Source of the DNA: Thermodesulfobacteriota bacterium
Lineage (GTDB): Bacteria > Desulfobacterota_D > UBA1144 > Nemesobacterales > N074bin48
Length of the DNA stretch: 11,881 nt
Reading direction: 5' to 3'
Assembly: GCA_041572575.1 (NCBI GenBank)
Contig: JBFFSH010000081.1
Coordinates: 1-11,881, forward strand
The translations under genes and the position numbers were made by a program. The notes under the pieces are model-generated. The model was not told the DNA's origin. It ran no database searches and saw nothing but the letters and a program-made list of their open reading frames with translations. Positions 1-7,261 of the stretch are shown one piece after another (the first letter of the stretch is position 1; the number at the start of each line of letters is the position of its first letter).

Positions 1-135
1 AAGATAGAAACTTGGAGGAGAGATTACAATGAGTACAGACCCCATTCGGCACTAGATAACATGACGCCGGAGGAGTATGTTAAAGAACACAAAAAGCCGG
101 AAATCTCTAATTATCCTGGTACAGCTTTTGGGTGA
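1..135 (+). CDS. IS3-family transposase OrfB (integrase core), C-terminal fragment, truncated by window start
   Basis: Not in ORF track. Frame 1 reads [44 protein letters not shown] (TGA 133-135). W-R-x-x-YN-x-x-RPHS-x-L-x-x-x-TP is the typical C-terminal signature of IS3-family OrfB. Confidence 0.92.
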   Translation, partial: KIETWRRDYNEYRPHSALDNMTPEEYVKEHKKPEISNYPGTAFG

Positions 136-141
136 GGGTCA
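101..141 (-). repeat. IS3 right terminal inverted repeat (IRR)
   Basis: Reverse complement TGACCCTCACCCAAAAGCTGTACCAGGATAATTAGAGATTT aligns with small gaps to the IRL at 11742 (TGACCTTCCCCCCTATAATAGTACCAGATTACAAGTTAGAATTT); shared TGACC, CCC, GTACCAG, TTAGA and ATTT blocks. Confidence 0.85.
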
Positions 142-169
142 TAATATATTTATTGTAATTATTACTTAA

Positions 170-1216
170 ATGATGAACAAAGAGATGGTTATGCGTATTT
201 GTAGAATATTATTTGTAAGCCTTTTAGTATTATCCACTGCATTGGTTGTTTATAGTTGCGGCGGAGGCGGTGCCGTACAGAATACTAAAATAGTGACCGA
301 AGCAGACATTCAGACCAAACAGGAAAATGATGCGCTTAATACAAAGCTTTTAATGTCCAGCGGGTCAGGCGGTGTATCATCACCTGCAGACTATATAATT
401 GGTCCTGCTGATCTTCTGGAGGTTCAGGTGTTTGAATCAGAGAAGCTTACGGATAAGGTTAGAGTCAGCTCGCGTGGAGACATTACGCTTCCCTTGCTAG
501 GAAATATAAGCGTAGGCGGGCTTTCTGCAAGAGAAGCAGAGCTTAAAATAGAAAACCAGTTAATAAAGGAAGGATTTATAAAAAATCCTCATGTCACGGT
601 TTTTATCGAGGAATATAATAGTAAACTCGTAACTGTAGTCGGATTGGTTGAAGAACCAGGTAATCATTCGATCACAGGAAGGCAGACATTGCTGGATGTT
701 CTTGTAGCTGCTAAAGGTTTTCAGGAGAAAGCGGGCAGGACAGTATATATCAGCAGATCAGATGTAAATGGTAACAAGCAAACCTATCTTGTGGATCTGG
801 ACGAACTATTGTTAAATGGCAATTCTGATATAAATGTTGTTATGAAACCCGGTGATGTAGTTTATGTTCCACCTGCTGGCAATGTATATATTGAAGGTGC
901 TGTGCAGAGGACGGGAGCCTATCCAATCAAAAAAGATCTGACAACAATAAGTCAGATTATAACAGTAGCAGGTGGTGTAGCTCCTTATGGTGATGCAAGC
1001 AACATTAAACTCATAAGGTTTTTGGGTAATGGTAACAGGGAAATCAGACCTGTCGACTTAACCAAGATTCAGAGCGGAGAAGCTGTGGATCCACTTGTAA
1101 AGGATAGAGATGCACTTATAGTAGGTTTTAGTACATCAAAGAGGATTTTATACGGATTGAGAGTAGGGCTTGGTTTTGGCTTATTTAATTTTGGTTATGA
1201 TCCTCCGGAAGACTAA
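170..1216 (+). CDS. wza: Polysaccharide export (OPX/Wza-family) lipoprotein: Poly_export domain plus two SLBB repeats
   Basis: Signal peptide with lipobox-like VYS-C; Poly_export motifs DYIIGPADLLEVQVF, VSSRGDITLPLLGNISVGGLS, IKNPHVTVFI; SLBB repeats VTVVGLVEEPG...TLLDVLVAAKGF and VYIEGAVQRTGAY...ITVAGG; directly upstream of wzc. True start may be ATG 185 or 191. Confidence 0.92.
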   Translation: MMNKEMVMRICRILFVSLLVLSTALVVYSCGGGGAVQNTKIVTEADIQTKQENDALNTKLLMSSGSGGVSSPADYIIGPADLLEVQVFESEKLTDKVRVSSRGDITLPLLGNISVGGLSAREAELKIENQLIKEGFIKNPHVTVFIEEYNSKLVTVVGLVEEPGNHSITGRQTLLDVLVAAKGFQEKAGRTVYISRSDVNGNKQTYLVDLDELLLNGNSDINVVMKPGDVVYVPPAGNVYIEGAVQRTGAYPIKKDLTTISQIITVAGGVAPYGDASNIKLIRFLGNGNREIRPVDLTKIQSGEAVDPLVKDRDALIVGFSTSKRILYGLRVGLGFGLFNFGYDPPED

Positions 1217-1233
1217 TTTGATAGTAATATAGT

Positions 1234-3564
1234 ATGACAGAATATAACAACAGATATCCAGTAAAAGCTAACGGTAGAGAAATTAGGGAATGGGACGAAT
1301 ATTATCCAAGCGAATATCATTATAATAATTATGGTAATGAAAATAATGAAGATGATGATATTAATGTTAAAGAATATCTTGATATTATTATACGAAGAAA
1401 ATGGCTGATACTTGCATGTATAATAATATCATTAGTAATAGCTATAGTAAAAACCCTAACTACCGTTCCTCTCTATAGAGCATCAGCTACTATTGAGATT
1501 AAACCTGATATTCCAAAAATAACCTCTTTCGAGGATCTGGCACGAGCGGAAAGAACCAATACTTATGATTACTACCAGACACAATTTTCTTTAATAAAAA
1601 GTAAGACATTAGGATATTTGGTATTAGAAAGACTAAACGAAAAAATAAGTAATCGCAATCAGCAAAAGAGCACTAAGAGCCATAAAGAAGATAAAATATC
1701 TGGTCTTATTACATCAGTTAAATCTATAATTTATGGTAAGGATCAAATAAAAAAAAATAAATCAGCTAATAAAGAAGCTAAATCATCAAAGCCTAAAAAA
1801 AAGATTACAGATTCTCAAGTCTTTGGATTTCTTTCAGGTATTAGCGTTGGTCCTGTTGGCAGTACAAGGCTTGCAAGGGTTAGTTATGTGAGTTCTGACC
1901 CTCAATACGCCGCACTTGCTGCAGATACGGTTATAGATGTATATATTGAATGGCTTCTTGAAAGAAGGCATGGCACATCAAAATCAGCAAGGGAGTTTTT
2001 AAGAACCCAGCTAGATCAGGTAAAAACTAAAATAGAACTTGCAGAGGAAGAGCTATCCGCATTTGCTAAGACTGTTGATATTATTTCACTTGATAAGGAT
2101 ATAGATTTAAACTATAAACAGCTTGTCGAGATAACCGATGCGCTTTCTGAGCTTGAAACAGAGAAACTAAAAAAGCAAGCTATTATTAAAGACGTAACTG
2201 ATGGTAATTATGCATATTTGCCCGAAGTAATAGAAAACCCAAGAGTGCAGGAGCTAAGCTCTTCGTATTCACAGCTTAAGGCAGAGTATGATAATCTTTC
2301 TGCTGTATATGGTCTTAATTTTCCCGATATACAAAAAATCCGGTCTCAGATAAATAGTGTTCAGGGACAGTTGAAAACTACCCTTAGTGAAATTGCAGAT
2401 TCAATAAAAAGAGATTATCAATCTACTATAAAGAAAGAAGAGATATTAAAAGCGAAAGTAGAAGAAAAAAAGACAAGGTCTTCTGAGCTCAATGAGCAGG
2501 CTATCCAATATAGGATATTGGAAAGAGAGGTAGATACTAATAAATCTATTTATAATGAACTACTTACAAAATTAAAAGAAACCGAAGTAACATCTGCTAT
2601 TAAGGAGACAAATGTACAGGTTGTGGATTATTCAACCGTGCCTAGGTCACCTTTTAAACCTGATATGAAAGGCAATCTTATCTATTCAATAATGATCGGA
2701 CTTATGATTGGATGTTTTATTTCATTTGGAATAGAATTTTTTAGTACCAAACTAAGAGATGAAGAAGAATTAAAGAAGAAATTTCCTCATGTTCCTTATC
2801 TTGGTGCAGTACCCATGGCTGAGGAAGCAGATGTTGATAAGCTTGAAAGGATTGTTTATACAAATCCAAGGTCTGTTGTATCAGAAGCTTTTAGGGTAAT
2901 AAGGACTTCTATATTGTATTCATCTGCTGATCATCCTCCAAAAGCCCTTCTGGTTACAAGTCCACAGCCAATTGAGGGGAAAACTACTTCTGCCTCTAAC
3001 CTCGCACTTTCCATGATACAGTCAAGCTTAAATGTAATTTTAATAGATGCGGATCTGAGAAAGCCGAGACTGCACAAATTGTATTCATCCAATGGAAACT
3101 CAATGGGACTTAGCACCTATCTGGTAGGTAAGGGTGAAGTGGAAAATGTCATAACTAAAACAGATATAGACGGACTTGATTTTATAAGTTCCGGACCTAT
3201 ACCTCCAAATCCGGCAGAGCTTTTAGGTTCGAAGAAAATGAAGGAATTAATAATTGCCCTCCAGGAAAAATATGAGCACGTAATAATAGATGGAGCTCCT
3301 ATAGCGGCATTTGCTGATTCAAGACTCTTGTCCAGACTTGTAGACGGGGTACTTCTTGTAACAAGCGTTGGTATAACACAAAAAAACGTGCTTAAGACCA
3401 GTATAGAAGAGATACGCAAAGTAAGAGGCAAAATTATAGGGACAATAGTAAACAGGCTGGATTCCAGCCGGGACAAATATAAATATAAATATTACTACTA
3501 TTATTCTGATGAGAAGAGAATTGATAGTAAAGAGGCAAGGAGTATTAGTCCTCATAGCGACTAG
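1234..3564 (+). CDS. wzc: Polysaccharide co-polymerase / tyrosine autokinase (Wzc/GumC family, PCP-2a)
   Basis: Wzz-like N-terminus with TM1 (WLILACIIISLVIAIV), coiled-coil periplasmic region, TM2 (LIYSIMIGLMIGCFISFGI), SEAFRVIRT, Walker A SPQPIEGKTT, Walker A' ILIDADLRKP, SGPIPPNPAELL, Walker B VIIDGAP, C-terminal Tyr cluster KYKYKYYYYY (3475-3504). Confidence 0.96.
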   Translation: MTEYNNRYPVKANGREIREWDEYYPSEYHYNNYGNENNEDDDINVKEYLDIIIRRKWLILACIIISLVIAIVKTLTTVPLYRASATIEIKPDIPKITSFEDLARAERTNTYDYYQTQFSLIKSKTLGYLVLERLNEKISNRNQQKSTKSHKEDKISGLITSVKSIIYGKDQIKKNKSANKEAKSSKPKKKITDSQVFGFLSGISVGPVGSTRLARVSYVSSDPQYAALAADTVIDVYIEWLLERRHGTSKSAREFLRTQLDQVKTKIELAEEELSAFAKTVDIISLDKDIDLNYKQLVEITDALSELETEKLKKQAIIKDVTDGNYAYLPEVIENPRVQELSSSYSQLKAEYDNLSAVYGLNFPDIQKIRSQINSVQGQLKTTLSEIADSIKRDYQSTIKKEEILKAKVEEKKTRSSELNEQAIQYRILEREVDTNKSIYNELLTKLKETEVTSAIKETNVQVVDYSTVPRSPFKPDMKGNLIYSIMIGLMIGCFISFGIEFFSTKLRDEEELKKKFPHVPYLGAVPMAEEADVDKLERIVYTNPRSVVSEAFRVIRTSILYSSADHPPKALLVTSPQPIEGKTTSASNLALSMIQSSLNVILIDADLRKPRLHKLYSSNGNSMGLSTYLVGKGEVENVITKTDIDGLDFISSGPIPPNPAELLGSKKMKELIIALQEKYEHVIIDGAPIAAFADSRLLSRLVDGVLLVTSVGITQKNVLKTSIEEIRKVRGKIIGTIVNRLDSSRDKYKYKYYYYYSDEKRIDSKEARSISPHSD

Positions 3565-4738
3565 TTTCTTAATAGTCTTATATACTGCTTATAATGTGTA
3601 CAATCTGAATATTTACAAAGGCAGCAGTGTATCAAATCTAAAAAGACGATTAAGCATTCAGAACTCTAATGCTTTGTTGAAACTTAGGCTGACAAATGCT
3701 AATTATCATTTTTATTCATATGATTTTGAAAATTCCTTAAAGGACTATACAGATACCATAGAATTAAACCCTGTACTAAGACAGGCCTGGCTTGATATAA
3801 CCGAGCCGCTACTTAATGAAAATAGATCAGAAGATGCACTGTTAATTATAAAGTATATAAAATCTATTACTCCATATTCAAATGATCTGCATTGGGATTT
3901 AGGCCTACAGCTTGTAAGAATAAATGAGCAGGAACTGGCCGTAAATACTTTAGTTGAAGTTGCACAAAACAATTATTGGAAAAGAGCGCATGTATTTATT
4001 TTGTTTGATAAACTCGATGTTAATAAAAAATATATTATAGAGAGATTGGGTAGTTTTGAGTTATTAAAGGCCTATCTGGAACACTTAATATCAAAACGAT
4101 ATACAACTGACGCATTATATCTTTGGGAAAATATGGCTAATAAACATGACGATTTGGATGAGAATTTAAAAGATAGATTTGTAGAATTTCTTATTTCTCA
4201 AAATAAATATAAATATGCCTCAGATATTTGGCATAAAGGTAATAAAGAGTTACATGGTACTAATCTTATCTGGAATGGTGACTTTGAATATGATATAGAA
4301 AATAAAGGGTTTGACTGGAGATTAACAAATACAAGAGAAGCAAATATTGAAATAGATAGAATTGAAAGATATTCAGGTGAAAATTCTTTAAAAATTGAGT
4401 TCAATGGGGAGAAGAATATAAATTTTCATCATGTTAAAAAATATATACCAGTAGAGCCCGAAACTGAATATTTACTTTCCTATGCCCAAAAAAATTCCGA
4501 TATTACTACAAAAAGTGGAGTATATGTAGAGATTATGTGTGGGAATTCCAGAGTTACAACAAAAACTGAAGATGTGAGTGGAAGTAGTCCCTGGATTAAG
4601 AAAGAGAAGTTATTTGCTACTGAGAGTGGTTGTGAAGGAGTGATGATACAATTGAAAAGAGATCCTGTAAGAAAACTAAATAATAAGATAAGCGGTACTG
4701 TTTGGTTTGATGATATCTCACTCGAAGCTATACACTAA
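3509..4738 (+). CDS. Membrane-anchored helical-repeat (TPR-like) protein with C-terminal carbohydrate-binding (CBM4/9-like) domain
   Basis: N-terminal hydrophobic anchor GVLVLIATSFLIVLYTAY; TPR-like helices (YTDTIELNPVLRQAWLD, ITPYSNDLHWDLG); from about 4262, NLIWNGDFE...YSGENSLKIEF...IPVEPETEYLLS...GTVWFDDISL, typical of CBM_4_9/galactose-binding-like beta-sandwiches. Overlaps wzc by 56 nt. Confidence 0.75.
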   Translation: MRRELIVKRQGVLVLIATSFLIVLYTAYNVYNLNIYKGSSVSNLKRRLSIQNSNALLKLRLTNANYHFYSYDFENSLKDYTDTIELNPVLRQAWLDITEPLLNENRSEDALLIIKYIKSITPYSNDLHWDLGLQLVRINEQELAVNTLVEVAQNNYWKRAHVFILFDKLDVNKKYIIERLGSFELLKAYLEHLISKRYTTDALYLWENMANKHDDLDENLKDRFVEFLISQNKYKYASDIWHKGNKELHGTNLIWNGDFEYDIENKGFDWRLTNTREANIEIDRIERYSGENSLKIEFNGEKNINFHHVKKYIPVEPETEYLLSYAQKNSDITTKSGVYVEIMCGNSRVTTKTEDVSGSSPWIKKEKLFATESGCEGVMIQLKRDPVRKLNNKISGTVWFDDISLEAIH

Positions 4739-6581
4739 TAACAGTTATATGATTGAAATTGAGAAAAAAGACTATGAATCAGTCTTATCTGAGATAATCT
4801 CAACAAGAGATTTTAGACAGCTTATAGAAAAATGTATATCCAATAGACATCACTACCGCTCTATTGTTTTTGACATTTCAAGGGGTTCAAAATCAAGAAA
4901 TTATAAAATAATTAAAGAAGTATCGAAAAGCAAAAAAATAAGCGATAGTTTTATAATTGATCAGGCAAAATCGGTGGTTTCTTATTTTACATCCGGCAAA
5001 GAGGATAAATTTGAGGACTACTATAAGACGCTTCAGTGCCCGCAAGGTGCAGATGAAGATCAGATTAGAACTAGCTGGATACGCTTAATGAAACTGTATC
5101 ATCCTGATAAAATAGGGGAATCAGGATTAGAAAAATCTAAAAAAATTAATGAAGCATATAATATTCTTATAGACCCTGATAAAAGAGAACAATATGACAG
5201 AAATTATTATCCATATATTCCAATAAAAATTAAAAATATGGATTATAAGCAGTTCAATAATAGAAGTTTTATAGCTGTTATAGCATCTGTTCTATTAATA
5301 GTCCCAGTGTTTTATATTTCCAAAAATATTATCAATACAGATAACGGTTTACAGCAAGATATTAATATTGGCAAAGAAAAAGTGAAAAAGGAATCACAGA
5401 TTACTGCAAAGTTATTTGCTCCTGTTCAAGACGGATCAGTAAAGCAAGCTGATAAATTAGAACATAATGAAGAATATAAAGACACAAATGATAAGGGCCC
5501 TGCAAATAAGCGGATATTAAGTGAATCAGCAGACAAGAGCGAGGAGATGCAAATTGGAGTAGAAGAAGATTTAGAACCAAAACATGTAAAATTGGGAAAT
5601 GAATCTGACAATTATAAGATTGATGCTGATGAATCTTTAGAAAAAATAGCCCAGTATAAGTACATAGAACCGTCAATAGGTGAAGATATTGCAATGGTTG
5701 AGATAGGCGAAGATCTTGAACGGTTACCACCCAGTCATAAAGAAAAAAAATCTATTGAAGATACTTCTAGTTCTGAATCTATTAATGAGAAACAGGGATT
5801 TAAATTTCCAATTAATTATAAAGTGCAAAAAGGTGACAGCTTGTGGTCATTGTCTAATAAATTTAATATTTCGGTTCAGGATATAAAGAGGCAAAACTCT
5901 ATAAATAGAAATAAAATTAAACCCGGAGATATTTTGGTATTAGAAAAGAGTAAGGATGGGATGTCTGAGAATAATATTGTTGTAAAAGAATTACCCATTG
6001 AGGGTAAAGAGAAAAAAGAAATTACGAATTTTCAACAAAAGAAGCAAACAAAAAACAGCGACCAAAATAAACCAAAGCCCTGGATATCAGGAAAAACATT
6101 AGAGAGAACTAATAAGACCAACGATTTAAGTGAAAAAGAATTATTAGAATTGGCCTCCATTGGAAATAATAACAGTAAATTCCCGGATAAATCTTCTGTA
6201 TACACTGCAATTTCCGACTATATATTTGCATATAAAAACAGGGATATCAAGAAGTTAGGTGCTCTATTTGATCCTAAAGCTGTAGAAAATGGGGTATCGA
6301 TGAATAAGGTCTTTAAAATGTATAAAAAAAACTTTGAGATTCTGGATATAGTTGCATATGATATAAAATTTAATCAAGTTAAATTAAATAATAATAATGC
6401 TACAGTTGATGGAGATTTTATTATCTCTTACAATAATATTAAAGAAGATTTATTTAAAAAATCATATGGTGATATTAATTGGAAGCTGACATGGAATGAA
6501 AAAAATTGGTTAATTAATGAAATAAAATATAATGTAAGAAGTACGAAGGTGGGGGATGAATCTTCCAGATATAAACATTAA
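4707..6581 (+). CDS. Multidomain membrane protein: DnaJ J-domain, TM, low-complexity linker, LysM, NTF2/SnoaL-like C-terminal domain
   Basis: J-domain DYYKTL...LYHPDK...KINEAYNILIDPDKREQYD (about 5016-5198, intact HPD at 5100-5108); TM FIAVIASVLLIVPVFYI; LysM YKVQKGDSLWSLSNKFNISVQDIKRQN...IKPGDILVL (about 5817-5942); C-terminal YIFAYKNRDIKKLGALF...ATVDGDF...WKLTWNEKNWLI pattern resembling an NTF2-like fold (less certain). Start may be ATG 4749. Confidence 0.8.
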   Translation: MMISHSKLYTNNSYMIEIEKKDYESVLSEIISTRDFRQLIEKCISNRHHYRSIVFDISRGSKSRNYKIIKEVSKSKKISDSFIIDQAKSVVSYFTSGKEDKFEDYYKTLQCPQGADEDQIRTSWIRLMKLYHPDKIGESGLEKSKKINEAYNILIDPDKREQYDRNYYPYIPIKIKNMDYKQFNNRSFIAVIASVLLIVPVFYISKNIINTDNGLQQDINIGKEKVKKESQITAKLFAPVQDGSVKQADKLEHNEEYKDTNDKGPANKRILSESADKSEEMQIGVEEDLEPKHVKLGNESDNYKIDADESLEKIAQYKYIEPSIGEDIAMVEIGEDLERLPPSHKEKKSIEDTSSSESINEKQGFKFPINYKVQKGDSLWSLSNKFNISVQDIKRQNSINRNKIKPGDILVLEKSKDGMSENNIVVKELPIEGKEKKEITNFQQKKQTKNSDQNKPKPWISGKTLERTNKTNDLSEKELLELASIGNNNSKFPDKSSVYTAISDYIFAYKNRDIKKLGALFDPKAVENGVSMNKVFKMYKKNFEILDIVAYDIKFNQVKLNNNNATVDGDFIISYNNIKEDLFKKSYGDINWKLTWNEKNWLINEIKYNVRSTKVGDESSRYKH

Positions 6582-7077
6582 TCATAAACATAAATGCTGG
6601 TATGCTGTTTATACAATTGTGAGGCACGAGAAGGCAGTTAATTCATCTTTAATAAATAAAAATATCGACACGTTTTTACCAATTAGAGAAGTTGTTAATA
6701 GGTGGAAGGATAGAAATAAAAAGGTGATGCTTCCGCTTTTTCCAGGTTATATATTTGTAAATCTCGATATTGGCAAAAAGATGGATGTTCTTACTACAAA
6801 AGGAGTAGTAAGGATACTAGGAGTTAATGGTAATCCAACACCGATTCCTGATCAGCAAATTAATTCTATAAAAGGCCTATTAGAAAGTAGTTTAAACTAT
6901 GATCCCTATCAGTTTTTAGTTGAAGGAAAGCAAGTAAAAGTTATTAATGGACCTCTTGCAGGGGCCCACGGAAAGGTGATTGAAAGAAGAGGTCAATACA
7001 GACTGATACTTTCGGTTGATCTTATACAACGAGCAGTTTCAGTGGAAATTGATATAGACGACGTTGATGTGATCTAA
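6556..7077 (+). CDS. NusG-paralogue transcription antiterminator (UpxY/RfaH-like)
   Basis: NGN domain WYAVYTIVRHEKAV...FLP...WKDRNKKVMLPLFPGYIFV...GVVRILG...PIPDQQI plus KOW GKQVKVINGPLAGAHG; SD-like AAGGTGGGG just upstream; overlaps the previous ORF by 26 nt. Confidence 0.93.
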   Translation: MNLPDININHKHKCWYAVYTIVRHEKAVNSSLINKNIDTFLPIREVVNRWKDRNKKVMLPLFPGYIFVNLDIGKKMDVLTTKGVVRILGVNGNPTPIPDQQINSIKGLLESSLNYDPYQFLVEGKQVKVINGPLAGAHGKVIERRGQYRLILSVDLIQRAVSVEIDIDDVDVI

Positions 7078-7094
7078 ATCAACAATATTGGATC

Positions 7095-7122
7095 TTATTC
7101 ACTTTGTAAGTGAGGTAGCGGA
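7095..7122 (+). promoter_or_regulatory. Putative ops/JUMPStart-like pause element with upstream hairpin
   Basis: TGAGGTAGCGGA (7111-7122) matches 8/12 positions of the E. coli ops GGCGGTAGCGTG, including contiguous GGTAGCG; overlaps hairpin TCACTT-TGT-AAGTGA (7099-7113); lies just after the antiterminator gene. Confidence 0.35.
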
Positions 7123-7210
7123 GCTGTATCTAAATAATCTAATATTTTTATTATCTAGAAATATCTTTGATTAATAATTCTCAATGAAGTGAATTTAATA
7201 AAAAATAAAT

Positions 7211-7230
7211 ATTGAAATTAATATTTCAAT
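7211..7230. repeat. Perfect 8-bp inverted repeat ATTGAAAT-N4-ATTTCAAT (possible operator or weak hairpin)
   Basis: Seen directly 31 nt upstream of the carbamoyltransferase ATG; the AT-rich context lowers its significance. Confidence 0.3.
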
Positions 7231-7261
7231 TTATAACCAATTAACCTTAAAAGTATATTAA

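Larger units (their letters stand above)
1..141 (+). mobile_element. Right end of an IS3-family insertion sequence (IS407-like group)
   Basis: OrfB end runs into a terminal IR finishing ...GGGTGAGGGTCA at 141 (IS3-family 5'-TG...CA-3' ends). Sequence becomes very AT-rich immediately after 141. Confidence 0.9.

Noticed and set aside
2931..3555. Minus-strand ORFs 2931..3116, 3117..3476 and 3319..3555
   Set aside because: Antisense shadows of the well-supported wzc kinase domain, with no recognisable motifs.
3745..5730. Minus-strand ORFs 3745..3972, 4198..4404, 5401..5730 and 5426..5611
   Set aside because: Short, fully antisense to long + strand genes, no motifs.
4707..6581. Canonical dnaJ, cbpA or djlA
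   Set aside because: No G/F-rich region, CxxCxGxG zinc finger, DnaJ C-terminal domain or TerB-like domain; only the J-domain is shared.
6556..7077. Housekeeping nusG
   Set aside because: Not in the secE-nusG-rplK context, and the motifs (RHEKAV, WKDR.K.V..PLFPGY) fit specialised paralogues.
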